Origin: Acidobacteriota bacterium
Lineage (GTDB): Bacteria; Acidobacteriota; UBA6911; RPQK01; JAJDTT01
Length of the DNA: 64,000 nt
Reading direction: 5' to 3'
Assembly (NCBI GenBank): GCA_965209055.1
Contig: OZ242374.1
Location: 512,001 to 576,000 of the forward strand
The first letter of the stretch is position 1; the number at the start of each line of letters is the position of its first letter. A program made the translations under genes and the position numbers. The notes below the pieces were generated by a model. It was given only the letters and a program-made list of their open reading frames with translations. It had not been told where the DNA came from and did not search any database. Below are positions 47,560 through 58,196 of the stretch, in pieces.

Positions 47560-50460
47560 TTGAGGCAAGCGGCGCGAAAACTCGGCTTCCTGGTTGCGGC
47601 CTACCTCCTGTCATCCGGCTGCGGGACCGGGCCGGATCCGGACACGGCGCTGCCATCGGACCTGACATCCGGGAAACGATGCTTCCTGATCGAGTTGGGC
47701 CTCGACGATCCCCGGCCCTCCGATTGGAGTGGACGCCTGGAAGCGGAGCCCGGTTCCGTACAGTTGCTGCCGTGGCGAATCAACGGGGACACTTCGGTGG
47801 GGCCAGGATCCTCCTGGAGCGCCCGGACCCGGAGATTCGACGCGCGCCGACCCAACTACTGGGAAGAACCCACCCAGAATCAGATGTTTGTCGGCGGCGA
47901 CCCCCTCCGCAGCACCACCGCCTACTCCAGGTTGGTCTGGCCGGGCCTCTTGGCGGTGACGGCGCAGCCCGGGGAGTGGGCTCTCTCAACTCCAAGGGGA
48001 CTGCTGCAGATCGACACCCGCAACTTGAAACCGGGGCTGAGAAGGTTCGAACTGGCGGGACAAGTGGCGGCCAGCCAGGTGCCTCTGTTTCAGGTTCTGA
48101 CCCGGGAAGAGACCTATGACGACTTCCCCGCCCTGGCGGCGGACGAAGCAGGTTGCCGGGTCGGTTGGATCGAATTCAGGGACGGCGTCCAACGGATTCT
48201 GAGCCGCCGCTTGTCCGGAGGGACCTGGTCTCCCCCAGTGGAGATCCGGGAGGGTCAGGATCTCTCCGACCTTCAGATGGTGCGAACCGGGGCCGGCAGG
48301 TTCTGGTGGATCTGGTCGCAGCAACTTGAGGACAACTGGGACCTGTACGCCCGCTCTGGGGAGGACGGCGTGCTGGGGCCGGTGACGCGCCTCACCGAGG
48401 ATCCGCGTCCCGACCTGTACCCGCGGGCCACGGCCGGTCCCGGCGGCGAGGTCCACCTGGTGTGGCAAGGCTTTCGCGGTTCCCAATCGGACGTGCTTAT
48501 CAAGACCCTCCGAGGCGGTTCCTGGGGGCCGGAACGGAAGGTGAGCCGTACGGCGGCGAACGACTGGAAGCCGGCCGTCGCGGCGGATTCCCAGGGCGGC
48601 GTTCACGTGGTCTGGGATTCGTACGAACGAGGCGACTACGATCTTCAACTGCGCCGGGTGGGTCCCCAGGAAATGGGCAAGATCATCCCGGTGGCCCGCT
48701 CCAGGAAATTCGAAGGCTACGCCGATGTGGCGTGTGACGCCCAGGACCGGGTCTGGATCGCCTGGAACGAATCGGGCCCCAACTGGGGGAAGGACTCGGG
48801 CTTCTGGATCGACCGTTCGCGGCAGACCTTCCTGGACGAGCGGACCATCCGCGTGGCGGTCTGGGACGGGGATCGATGGAGCCGCCCGCTGGAGGAGGTG
48901 TCCCAAGCTCTGGAGGACCATTTCTCGAGGCTTTCCCGGGGCGGACTGCGGCGCTACCGCCCACCCGCAGCTCAGGTCCGGTTTCGCAACGACAATGAGC
49001 TCCCACGGCTGTTCTGGGACCGGCAGGGACGAATGTGGCTCTTCTTCCGCCACCAAGTATCCACGGCAGGCGACGGCGCTTCGCATCGACCGGGCTGGGA
49101 GGTTTACGGCGTCTTCTACCAAGGCTCCTCCTGGTCCACACCCATGTTGGTTCCTCGCAGCACAGGGAGGCTGGACATGCCCCTGGCGCTGGACGCCTCC
49201 ACGGACGGCACGTTGTGGATGGCGTGGCTCACGGACCACCGGTCGATTCACCGCGCCACGCCTGACTCCAGGCTCCTGCAAGAAGACGTGGTGGTGGGAC
49301 GGTTGGAGCTTGCCCGCAACGGCGAAGTGTCCCGTCTGAAGGGGCATCACCCTCGAGAAGAACCCATCGAGCCATACCACCCGGACGAGCCGGGCGACCT
49401 GGACCGGATCCGGTCCTACCGCGTGAAGTTGGACGGAAAAACCTACCGGATCGTCCGGGGAGACATGCACCGCCACACCGACTACTCCCAGGACGGCGGG
49501 CTGGACAGTTCGCTGCACGAGACCTACCGCTACGCCCTGGACGCCGCCTCTCTGGACTTTCTGGCCATCACCGACCACTACCCGGGCGAATACGTCTGGT
49601 GGGAGACCCAGAAATCGCTCCAACGGTTCCACCTCCCCGGCAGGTTCGTCCCGTTGTTGGGATACGAACGAAACCTGGGCTACCCCAACGGGCACCGGAA
49701 CGTGGTCTTTGCCGGCAGAGGCGCGCCCGTGCTTGACGCCGGACCCAGGGAGCGTTCGGGCGAAGTCAACAGCGGAGCAGTCCTCTACGAATACCTCAGA
49801 AAATACGATGGACTCGCCATGCCCCACACCTCGGGCACCCCCACCATGGGGACCGACTGGCGGGACCATGCCGAGGACGTGGAGCCGCTGGTGGAGATTT
49901 TCCAGGGGGACCGGACCTCCTACGAACGTCCGGGAGCGCCCCTGGCGGCGGTTCGGGACAACAACGCCACTCACCGGGGCGGCTATCTCGAGGAGGGCTT
50001 CGTCTGGAAGGCCTGGGAGAAGGGGTACCGGCTGGGCGTCCAGGCCAGCTCCGACCACTGGTCCACCCACTACTCCTACGCCTGCCTGCTGGTGGAACGC
50101 TTCGACGCCCAGGGGTTGATGGACGCCATGCGCCGCCGCCACTCCTACGCCGCTACCGACAACATCGTCCTCGATTTCAGGGCGGAACACGGCGGCCGCA
50201 CCCACATCATGGGAGACGCCTTCGACGCAGACTCCGGGGCCACGTTGCGGGTGCACGCCGAGGGGACCGGACCGGTTGCCGACGTGGTCCTGATCCGGGA
50301 CAACCGGGTCGTCTACACCCGAAAGCCGGGCGGGAGCCGCGTGGACTTCTCTTTCCTGGAAACGGATCCGGTACCCGGAACACACTTCTACTACGTCCGC
50401 CTCCAGCAGGCCGACGGTCACGTGGCCTGGTCGTCCCCCATCTGGATCACCTATCGTTGA
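47560..50460 (+). CDS. Large lipoprotein with a beta-propeller region and a PHP-like (DUF3604-type) metallohydrolase domain
   Basis: Lipobox LSSGC; H.VW/W.AW blades; GDMHRHT..S.DG, DF.A.TDH, GHRNV, PHT, LVEIFQG, ASSDH, YYVR..Q.DG..AWSSPIW. Confidence 0.75.
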   Translation: MRQAARKLGFLVAAYLLSSGCGTGPDPDTALPSDLTSGKRCFLIELGLDDPRPSDWSGRLEAEPGSVQLLPWRINGDTSVGPGSSWSARTRRFDARRPNYWEEPTQNQMFVGGDPLRSTTAYSRLVWPGLLAVTAQPGEWALSTPRGLLQIDTRNLKPGLRRFELAGQVAASQVPLFQVLTREETYDDFPALAADEAGCRVGWIEFRDGVQRILSRRLSGGTWSPPVEIREGQDLSDLQMVRTGAGRFWWIWSQQLEDNWDLYARSGEDGVLGPVTRLTEDPRPDLYPRATAGPGGEVHLVWQGFRGSQSDVLIKTLRGGSWGPERKVSRTAANDWKPAVAADSQGGVHVVWDSYERGDYDLQLRRVGPQEMGKIIPVARSRKFEGYADVACDAQDRVWIAWNESGPNWGKDSGFWIDRSRQTFLDERTIRVAVWDGDRWSRPLEEVSQALEDHFSRLSRGGLRRYRPPAAQVRFRNDNELPRLFWDRQGRMWLFFRHQVSTAGDGASHRPGWEVYGVFYQGSSWSTPMLVPRSTGRLDMPLALDASTDGTLWMAWLTDHRSIHRATPDSRLLQEDVVVGRLELARNGEVSRLKGHHPREEPIEPYHPDEPGDLDRIRSYRVKLDGKTYRIVRGDMHRHTDYSQDGGLDSSLHETYRYALDAASLDFLAITDHYPGEYVWWETQKSLQRFHLPGRFVPLLGYERNLGYPNGHRNVVFAGRGAPVLDAGPRERSGEVNSGAVLYEYLRKYDGLAMPHTSGTPTMGTDWRDHAEDVEPLVEIFQGDRTSYERPGAPLAAVRDNNATHRGGYLEEGFVWKAWEKGYRLGVQASSDHWSTHYSYACLLVERFDAQGLMDAMRRRHSYAATDNIVLDFRAEHGGRTHIMGDAFDADSGATLRVHAEGTGPVADVVLIRDNRVVYTRKPGGSRVDFSFLETDPVPGTHFYYVRLQQADGHVAWSSPIWITYR

Positions 50461-53195
50461 TGGCTCGCACCCGTGCCTTTACCAACGGGCTCATCCTCTC
50501 GGTTTGCCTGCTCTGGACCACGCCCGACGCGGCTGCGGTTCTGACGCTGCGGACAGGCAGCCACAACGGAGTTCCTCCTTTCCCCAGAACCAATGGACGA
50601 CAGATCGCCGGCAACTCCAAGGGAATCTGGTTCCTGGCCCACGACGGCGCCGCCGATGGGAACCCGACGGTTTTCCTATCGACCTCCAAAGACCCCCGTC
50701 CTGAATTTGCCGGCGATTTCAAAGCAGCCATAGCCCTGGCAGGGGGGTCGAGCCGGCCGGTTCTGACCGGTCCGTTCACGGGTGCGCGGGCGGCGAGCCT
50801 GGTCATCGGCCGGGACGACATCCTGCACCTGGTCTTCCAGAGTTCCGAGCCGCAAGGGATCTGGTATGCGCGGTGCCCAGCCGGAGGCACGGACCCGTCA
50901 GGGAGCCTGGGAAGGAGAAAGAATTGGACCCGGGCCGACGGCAAGACTCCGGGTCCCGAAAGAATCGATCACGGCGAGGGGACCGAATTCGGGGACCTGG
51001 TGACCGATGCGCGGGGCCGGCCCTGGATCCTCTACAGCCAGGCCGTTCCGGCCGCCGCCGAGAACATCTATGAGTTCCGGGACAAGGGCCATTCGTACTC
51101 GAGGCGCGCCCGCCGGCCGGCCCGGCAACTCTGGGCGGCTTCGCCAAGAGAGGGAGGCTGGATCCGGCGGCCCCTGACGCGTCCGGGCGATTTTGGCGCC
51201 CCGGTCGCCGATCTGGACCGCTCCGGCACATTGCACCTGACCTCCTCGAGAAAAGGGTTCAACTTCCTCTTCTATCTCCAATTCCCCAATTTCACCGACG
51301 GCTTCGACCGTCAGCGCGACTTCACCACCTCCGCCCCCCATGTCCCCTGGACCGGAACCGGATTCGTCAGCCACAGCGTCATCGGCTGGGGCCGGCACGC
51401 CCTGGTGGCCTGGGAAAAGGTGGAGCATCAGATCCTGTACGCCTTTTTCGACGGAGAATCCTGGAGCGTCCAGGGACTGCACTCGAGTCCGGAGCATTTC
51501 CATCACCCCATTCTGGTTCGGGATCCGCACGACGCCGGTTGGGTCTTCTGGACCAACACGACGCGGAGCCACACCTTCTATTCCCGGTGGCTGGGCTCCC
51601 GGTTCGGCGCGGCCTGCAGAGGACGAACGGCCGGCGGCGATCCGGTTTCCCACGAGGCGATGACCCGGGCGCCCTCCCTCAGTCACTTCCACACCGTGGG
51701 CAAAGGGACGGGAGGGAACGCGGAAGCCCTGGGGATGGCCCTCGCCACCCGGGGCAGCGGCGGCGGCGTCTTCTTCGACACCTTGAAGGTCCCGGACCTG
51801 AATCCGGAGCCGGGCCGCAAGATCCTCTTCCTCGACATGCTGGAAGTGAGCGCTCTGGACAACCTGCGGCGCTCCTTTCACCCCATGCGCAAGCACCCGG
51901 CCAACCCGGTCCTGCGCAGAGGTTCCCCCGGGACCTGGGACGACGCACGAGCCATCGCCTACGGAGAGGTTCTGCTCGACGACGGCAAATTTCGAATCTG
52001 GTATTCGGGCACCGACCGGGACACCGTGAGAAACCGGTACTCGGGCGGTTACCGGGTTGGTTACGCCGAGAGCGAAGACGGCATCCACTGGGTCAAGCCG
52101 GTTCTCGACCAGGTGGAACACCGGGGATCAAAGCGGAACAACATCGTCGACCTGAGCTACCGGCCGCACGGCCATTGGGCCATGGTGGTCAAGGACGAAC
52201 GGGATCCCGACCCGGAGAAGCGCTACAAGGCGATGGTGGACCACACGGACGGCAACCGGCTCCACTACTCGGCGGACGGCATCCGCTGGTCCGGCGGGAC
52301 CCTGGTCAATCCGAACCGGCTTCCCGGCGGCGGCACGAATCCGGGCCGCTTCGGAGACCGGAGGAATCTGTTCCACGATTCGCTGGAGACCGATCCGGAG
52401 CGCCGCTGGAAAGTGTTCGGCCGCCACTGTTTTGGGACCGGCCTGCTGGTTCCGCGATACACTCGCCGAACCTGCCGGTACTGGAGCCCCGACCTGATCC
52501 GTTGGACTTCCGACCCCCGGAATCCGGTCTTCTATCCACGCGCCGGAACCGAAGTGGAGCAACATGCCATGTCCGTCTGGATCGCCGGCCAGGTGTATCT
52601 GGGTCTGTTCGACGCTTGGGACGCCCTGCAATTGAGCCCCCAACAACTGGCCGTGAGCCGGGACGGGCGCAACTTCGTTCACGTCTTCGACGGCGTCCCC
52701 GCCGTCGAGTTGGGGCCGCCCGGCGCCTGGGACGGCGGCTGGACCTCCCCCGCGGATCTGCCGGTGGCCGTAGGAGACGACCTGTGGCTCTACTACTCGG
52801 GCAGTCCGGTGAGCATCGGGCCGTACCACGACTGGATCGACCTGCCCATGGAGAGCGGTCTGGCCACCATTCGCAAAGACGGATTCGTGAGCCTGGAGGT
52901 CACGGAAGGGAAGGACTCGGGGTGGTTCACCACGATTCCTCTGGCCGGAAAGTCTATCCCTCCGGATCTTGAGGTGAATGTCGAAGGACTCTCCCGTAAC
53001 GCGGGCCGAATCGCCGTCGAGTTGATCGATGCCCGGCAAGTGCTGGCCACCGGTCGAGTCCTGAACCAGGATGGAGTGGCGGTCCCGGTCCGGTGGACCC
53101 GGACCCGAAGGGTCGAGCACCCGGGCACGGGAACGCTACGGCTCCGCTTTACGCTCGACGGCCGAGCCCGCCTCTACGGTTTCACCTTCAGGTAG
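50457..53195 (+). CDS. Secreted two-module protein: propeller-like N-terminus and GH32-clan-like propeller C-terminus
   Basis: Signal peptide; C-terminal half has KHPANPVL, WD, RIWY, YAES.DGI.W.KP.L, DP.KRYK, G.WD, GLA..RKDGFVS. Confidence 0.7.
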   Translation: MMARTRAFTNGLILSVCLLWTTPDAAAVLTLRTGSHNGVPPFPRTNGRQIAGNSKGIWFLAHDGAADGNPTVFLSTSKDPRPEFAGDFKAAIALAGGSSRPVLTGPFTGARAASLVIGRDDILHLVFQSSEPQGIWYARCPAGGTDPSGSLGRRKNWTRADGKTPGPERIDHGEGTEFGDLVTDARGRPWILYSQAVPAAAENIYEFRDKGHSYSRRARRPARQLWAASPREGGWIRRPLTRPGDFGAPVADLDRSGTLHLTSSRKGFNFLFYLQFPNFTDGFDRQRDFTTSAPHVPWTGTGFVSHSVIGWGRHALVAWEKVEHQILYAFFDGESWSVQGLHSSPEHFHHPILVRDPHDAGWVFWTNTTRSHTFYSRWLGSRFGAACRGRTAGGDPVSHEAMTRAPSLSHFHTVGKGTGGNAEALGMALATRGSGGGVFFDTLKVPDLNPEPGRKILFLDMLEVSALDNLRRSFHPMRKHPANPVLRRGSPGTWDDARAIAYGEVLLDDGKFRIWYSGTDRDTVRNRYSGGYRVGYAESEDGIHWVKPVLDQVEHRGSKRNNIVDLSYRPHGHWAMVVKDERDPDPEKRYKAMVDHTDGNRLHYSADGIRWSGGTLVNPNRLPGGGTNPGRFGDRRNLFHDSLETDPERRWKVFGRHCFGTGLLVPRYTRRTCRYWSPDLIRWTSDPRNPVFYPRAGTEVEQHAMSVWIAGQVYLGLFDAWDALQLSPQQLAVSRDGRNFVHVFDGVPAVELGPPGAWDGGWTSPADLPVAVGDDLWLYYSGSPVSIGPYHDWIDLPMESGLATIRKDGFVSLEVTEGKDSGWFTTIPLAGKSIPPDLEVNVEGLSRNAGRIAVELIDARQVLATGRVLNQDGVAVPVRWTRTRRVEHPGTGTLRLRFTLDGRARLYGFTFR

Positions 53196-53240
53196 ACTCA
53201 CGGTGCGTTTGATCTGAATCGAACAGCGAGGAAAGAGACC

Positions 53241-54563
53241 ATGCCTGTTGTAGTGACCGGGACTCTGTTGCTGAGTCGTCTGCTGGGAATTGCCTTTGCC
53301 GGCGCGCACGTGCCGGCGGCCCCGCCACAAGAGAAACCGATGCTGCTCCATTCAAGGGCCGCGGTCACGTCGGTGACCGTCTCCGAGCCCTCCATCGTGC
53401 ACGAAGATGGGGCGGCGCCCCCCTACTACTCTCGCTACACGCCGCTGCTCAAGCTGCTCGACGGTTCCATCATCCTCATTGGGAGCGCGGACAAGATCCT
53501 GCGTTCCACCGACGGCGGCCGCACTTGGCGGAAACAGCCGGTCGCGATCTCCAGATTCCAGGCGCTACAGCGCCGGGATGGTTCGTTCTATCTGCTCAAG
53601 CGGGGCGTCCGGCCGTCAGAACGGCCGGGGGTTTTCCTCGCCGGATATATGAAATTGAACGGGCTCGGCGACTTCAAGGACGTTGGCGATGAATCCTGGC
53701 AGGAAACCGCCATCTCCGTGCCCCGGTTCAAGCCTGTCATCGCTGACGATTACAAGACCGTGTCTCGAGCTCCCCATGTCGAGCTCGCCCATGAGCTGCC
53801 GGACGGAACGCTGCTGGGGCTCTCCTACGGCAACTTCGTCGGCGACGACGTGCCCATCAGCGGATTCGACACCAAACTGGGCGTCGCGCCCATGTACCGC
53901 ACCTACATGTTGTCCTCCACCGATGACGGGAAGAATTGGGAATATCTTTCGACCATTGCCTACGACGGCAAGACCGGGCAGGAGAGTTTCTGCGAGCCGG
54001 CCCTCGTGGATTTCGGCGGCGGGGAACTGATGGCGATCATGCGAACCGGCCGCTACGCGCCCCTTTATCAGTGCCGTTCCATGGACGGAGGACGGACCTG
54101 GAGCGAGCCGGTCTCCCTGGAGACGCTGGGCCTGCGGCCGAGAATGACCCTGTTGGAGAATGGGATCCTGGCCTGCAGCTTCGGCTGGCGCCCCATGCGG
54201 TACATCTACTGGGAGGATCCCAACGGCGGGTACTACCCCGCGGGCCTCGCCGACTATCACAAGCGCTACAAGAGCCAGGTCGGAATTGAAGATCCTTCGG
54301 CGGCGGCGGGAGACTACGTCATGTTCAGTCCCGACAAGGGGTATACCTGGACTCAACCCCGCAAGATCGCCGAACCGTTGACGCAAGGGTACACTCAGAT
54401 CGCCGCCACCGGACCCGACTCCTGCGTCGTGCTCTCCTATCGTTTCGTTTTGCCCGGGAAATCGCTGGGTGAAACACTCCGGATGTGGGAAAACGACAGC
54501 GAGCATTTCCTGCGGGACATGAAGACGCTCTACGAGGCGCGCCGGATCGTCGTCCGGCCCTGA
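53241..54563 (+). CDS. Secreted sialidase-like BNR repeat protein
   Basis: Asp-boxes STDGGRTW, STDDGKNW, SMDGGRTW, SPDKGYTW; CEP, MRTG. Confidence 0.8.
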   Translation: MPVVVTGTLLLSRLLGIAFAGAHVPAAPPQEKPMLLHSRAAVTSVTVSEPSIVHEDGAAPPYYSRYTPLLKLLDGSIILIGSADKILRSTDGGRTWRKQPVAISRFQALQRRDGSFYLLKRGVRPSERPGVFLAGYMKLNGLGDFKDVGDESWQETAISVPRFKPVIADDYKTVSRAPHVELAHELPDGTLLGLSYGNFVGDDVPISGFDTKLGVAPMYRTYMLSSTDDGKNWEYLSTIAYDGKTGQESFCEPALVDFGGGELMAIMRTGRYAPLYQCRSMDGGRTWSEPVSLETLGLRPRMTLLENGILACSFGWRPMRYIYWEDPNGGYYPAGLADYHKRYKSQVGIEDPSAAAGDYVMFSPDKGYTWTQPRKIAEPLTQGYTQIAATGPDSCVVLSYRFVLPGKSLGETLRMWENDSEHFLRDMKTLYEARRIVVRP

Positions 54564-54686
54564 CTGTGGAGATTTCCCGTCAACGAACTGCATTCGCCAA
54601 CGGCCCCGGCGCGGCAGGCCGATACGAAATTCCCTTTCCCGGGCCGTGCTAGACTCGCTCCCAAGAACCGGTTCTGAAGACAAGAC

Positions 54687-55925
54687 ATGACCTTTCGATT
54701 CGGCGCTCGCTCACCACGGCTGCGAACTCTCGTCCCGTTGAGCGTCCTGGCCTCCATTCTTCTTCTGATTCTTCCCCTGATCGGCTGCGGAGAAAGTTCC
54801 TCAGGAGCCGATGCCGGACCCGGCCCGCTGGACGTGCGGAAGATCTACTTCATGTTCCACCCGGTCTGCTGGCAGACGGCGGGACTGGATCCTCCGCCCG
54901 GGGACTGGGACGAACACAGCCCCTACAGCCGGCCCGTCTGGGACGCGACCTACCGGAAGGAGCTGGAGGTCAACCGTCTCCAGAAGGACCTCATGTCCAG
55001 GATGAAGGCGGACGAGGTCTTGCTCCTTTTCCCCATCGGCGACAAGGCACCCATGCTCGAGCTGCAAGACTACGCCAGCCGCACTCTGGGACGGCGAGCC
55101 GTTCTCGTGGACCGGGAGCTGAAGCAACCGCCGGCGGAGTGGCGGAAGCTGGACCATCCTCTGGAGCGATTCCTGTCGGTGCCGGACTTGCCGGGGCGAG
55201 ACGAGTTCCTGGATGGAGTGCCGGCGGAGATCCGGGAGGAGTTGGCGGCGGAGATCCGGGAGGCCATCGACGAAGCCGGCGCCGTGGCCGCCACCTGGAA
55301 TCCAGCCGTGTTGGAGGTGCTCTACTTCAGCCGGCTGGCCGCGTGGGACATCCGGAATGAATTCCGGAAGCGCAACCTGAGATACGATCCCGCCACGACG
55401 CAGGGAGTCGCCTTCGGCGAGGGGTTCGAGCAGTGCGCCATGACCTACAAGCAGATGCTGGCCCCCTATCTGGGGCTTCAGACCCCCGTGGACAACCGGT
55501 ACGACCTTTCCGTCAGCGGCGCCTCGTTCCTGATGGGATCCCGATTCCGGGAGCGGGTCGACCTGGATCCCAACCTGCGCCTTTATCTCTGGGAAGCAAC
55601 CGGGGGGCGCCTGGTGGGTCTGTACACCCGGGCCTGGTGCCGGCTCAAGGATCCTCTGCTCTACGCCCGGATTCCCGTCCAGGGTCTCGATCTCCAGGTT
55701 CGGGAGGTCCACGGAAAGCTCTGCTGGCCGGAACCTGACGCCCCCGAGTTGGCCCTGGATTCGGAGGGAGGCGAGTTGAAGCTGCCGGTCTACAACGGGA
55801 TCCGGCGCGACTTCGACTGGTACGGCGTGGTGAATACCGCCGAGGACGCCTGCTACGTCATTGCCAGGAACATGACTTACGGCGACTTCCGCCGCGTCTT
55901 GACGGATGCCCGGATATCGCCGTGA
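54687..55925 (+). CDS. Hypothetical lipoprotein
   Basis: 412-aa ORF with typical codon usage; hydrophobic leader ending LIGC; no family recognised. Confidence 0.65.
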   Translation: MTFRFGARSPRLRTLVPLSVLASILLLILPLIGCGESSSGADAGPGPLDVRKIYFMFHPVCWQTAGLDPPPGDWDEHSPYSRPVWDATYRKELEVNRLQKDLMSRMKADEVLLLFPIGDKAPMLELQDYASRTLGRRAVLVDRELKQPPAEWRKLDHPLERFLSVPDLPGRDEFLDGVPAEIREELAAEIREAIDEAGAVAATWNPAVLEVLYFSRLAAWDIRNEFRKRNLRYDPATTQGVAFGEGFEQCAMTYKQMLAPYLGLQTPVDNRYDLSVSGASFLMGSRFRERVDLDPNLRLYLWEATGGRLVGLYTRAWCRLKDPLLYARIPVQGLDLQVREVHGKLCWPEPDAPELALDSEGGELKLPVYNGIRRDFDWYGVVNTAEDACYVIARNMTYGDFRRVLTDARISP

Positions 55926-56051
55926 ACGGGCGTTCAGGACCCGGCGTCGAGGACCCCACGCGGCTCGGCGGGCCTCCTCAGGCCTGCAGGTAGGGATGCA
56001 GGTCAAGGGGCAACGGTAGACGGGACGTTGGGAATGCTCTCGCAAATGCCG

Positions 56052-57047
56052 TCAGGAAACGGCCTGGTAGATATGGTCCAGCCAGAAGACCATTTCGGCG
56101 GTGATGTCGCTGTTGGCCGCCGTCTCGCCGACGTTGCCCCACCAACCCTCAGGCGACTGAGACGCGATCAGGCCGTCGCCCACGCGAACCGCCATCTCCC
56201 GGTACTTCTCCTCGGCAGTCAGGGTGTACATCACGGATGCCGCCCATCCCGGTTTTCCGGCGCGGACCAGGCTGTAGAGATACTCGCTGGCTCCCTCCGC
56301 CAGAAGCATGTACTCCCTGGCGAGTTCCAGCCACTCTTCCTCGCCGGTGGCCTGATAGAGGAGGGCGAGAAACCCGCCCGCGATTCCCGGGTTGTAGAAG
56401 GGTTCATCCCGCTCGGCGTCCCGGTTCAGGACATACCGGAACGCGTCGGCGGCGTCATGCTCGACGTGCAACCCCTGTTCCCTGCTGTAGACCGCGTAAA
56501 ACTGGGCCGGATAGTTGGGCTGGACCTCCATGAGGGTCTTCATCCACCGGCCCACTCCCCGGGCAACTTCGATCCTACCGGTGTAGAGGGCGGACCAGCC
56601 GCATCCCGCGACCACCCAGAGGTCCTGTTGCTCCAGGGGATCGTGTTCCACCGGACTGGACAGGAACCCGCCGGTCCGGCTGTCCCGGAAGCTCATGAGG
56701 AAATCCATGCCCCGCTGCGAAAGGTCGAAATGTCCCAAGCGGTGAGCGGCCTTGATCACCCACGCGTTGAAGTAGGTGTAGCCGTAACCGCGGATCGCCT
56801 CGGGCCTGGGCCCGAAGTCCCCGTCGGGAAGCGTTCCGTTCTCCCGAATCCAACTGCAGAGGCGGTTGGCCGCGAAGGTTTCGCCGCACGCGGCCAAGGC
56901 CGCAGGGACCTTGTGGTACTCGAGCAGGCCCTTTTCGGAGTCTCCGAAGCCGCCGTCGGTTCGCAATTGGTCCAATAGAAACGCACAGCCCTTGTCCCTG
57001 GCCTCTCGGAAGCGGCTCGTCCCGCGGGTGTCGCCTGCAACAATCAT
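56052..57047 (-). CDS. (alpha/alpha)6-barrel protein with prenyltransferase/terpene-cyclase-like QW-type repeats; function unknown
   Basis: FLLDQLRTDGGF, WIREN..PDGDF, FLMSFRD..TGGF, LIASQSPEGWW; LYQATGEEEWL and YTLTAEEKY repeats. Confidence 0.6.
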   Translation of the reverse strand: MIVAGDTRGTSRFREARDKGCAFLLDQLRTDGGFGDSEKGLLEYHKVPAALAACGETFAANRLCSWIRENGTLPDGDFGPRPEAIRGYGYTYFNAWVIKAAHRLGHFDLSQRGMDFLMSFRDSRTGGFLSSPVEHDPLEQQDLWVVAGCGWSALYTGRIEVARGVGRWMKTLMEVQPNYPAQFYAVYSREQGLHVEHDAADAFRYVLNRDAERDEPFYNPGIAGGFLALLYQATGEEEWLELAREYMLLAEGASEYLYSLVRAGKPGWAASVMYTLTAEEKYREMAVRVGDGLIASQSPEGWWGNVGETAANSDITAEMVFWLDHIYQAVS

Positions 57048-57086
57048 ATTTCTGTCTCCAGTTCGGGAGCCGGCTGCATGAGGATA

Positions 57087-58118
57087 CTACGGACCCGGCG
57101 GGTTCTCTTTCCCGCTTCGATCCAAGAGTCGCATCACGCTGCCCTCCCGCCGCCGGAATTCCTCCAGGCTGGCGCGAACGATGAGGACGCTTCCGCCGCG
57201 GGTGACCCGCTGGCCGGGCCGCAGGTCGCCGAACCAGAGTAGCAGATCGGTGCAGGGGGCATTCTGATTCGCCAGCACAGCCAGAGCATCTTGCGAAAAA
57301 TGCGCGGTCAGGAGGTGCCCCTTGTCCGTGATGTTCCAGCAGACGACCCCCGGGAAGCTCACGGAGGAGGACGCCTTCGACCCGGGCCGGACCCGGAAAA
57401 ATTCACCGTTTCTTTCGTCCACCGGAAGAAACGTGGCAGCTCCGACACCGGGCAGGCTCTGGTATTCGGTCCAGGACGATCCCACCTTGAGATAGGGCCG
57501 GTATCCGGTGGCCGGCGCGTGGTAATGGTCCAGGCAGATCCATGCATGGACATCTCTCCAGGGCTCACCGGAGTTGTTGGTGACTGACACGGAATAGTGT
57601 GCGCCCGTGGAGTCCGCATGGATGCCGGCCGACTGGCGGCCCAAGACAGCTTTCGTCGCCGCGGCTTCGTCGAGCAGGTAGCAATAGAAATCGTGCTTTG
57701 GATCCAGCTTCCAGAGCCCGTTGAGATCCCTGACCGGAGCGCCGGAATAGGTCCACCGCTCTCCCGCATTCACCCATCGCATCCCCACCTGGTAGTGGAG
57801 CTTCCGTCCATTGACGTAAATCTGCTCCGGCAGCCTGAGGAGCCAGGAGGCCCTCTCAGGCCGATCCTCCCAGCCGATCCGCTCCAGGCCCCGTGCCGTG
57901 ATGACCACCACCTGGGGGGCCAGGGCGTCGTGGTAGCGCCGATAGGTGGGATAGGTGGAGTGGACCAGGGGCTCGACCTGGAGACGGTGGAAGTCCAGAT
58001 CCGCCGGCGGTTCATGACCAGCCTCCCCATCGCGTGGACCCGCCGCGCAGCCCGCGAGCAGAAGGGATGCCGCCGCAAGGGTGGCCAAGGAGGCTGAACG
58101 GCTCGATCCTTCCTTCAC
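57087..58118 (-). CDS. Hypothetical lipoprotein (start uncertain)
   Basis: C-terminal part of ORF 57087..59009; lipobox LLAGC. The upstream part is antisense to the TolB-like gene. Confidence 0.6.
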   Translation of the reverse strand: MKEGSSRSASLATLAAASLLLAGCAAGPRDGEAGHEPPADLDFHRLQVEPLVHSTYPTYRRYHDALAPQVVVITARGLERIGWEDRPERASWLLRLPEQIYVNGRKLHYQVGMRWVNAGERWTYSGAPVRDLNGLWKLDPKHDFYCYLLDEAAATKAVLGRQSAGIHADSTGAHYSVSVTNNSGEPWRDVHAWICLDHYHAPATGYRPYLKVGSSWTEYQSLPGVGAATFLPVDERNGEFFRVRPGSKASSSVSFPGVVCWNITDKGHLLTAHFSQDALAVLANQNAPCTDLLLWFGDLRPGQRVTRGGSVLIVRASLEEFRRREGSVMRLLDRSGKENPPGP

Positions 58119-58196
58119 CGCAACGACTTTACAGACCCGGGGGTTGACGTCACCATGCGGACTCTCCATCACTGGTGGCCGGAGCAGAAACGGGCC

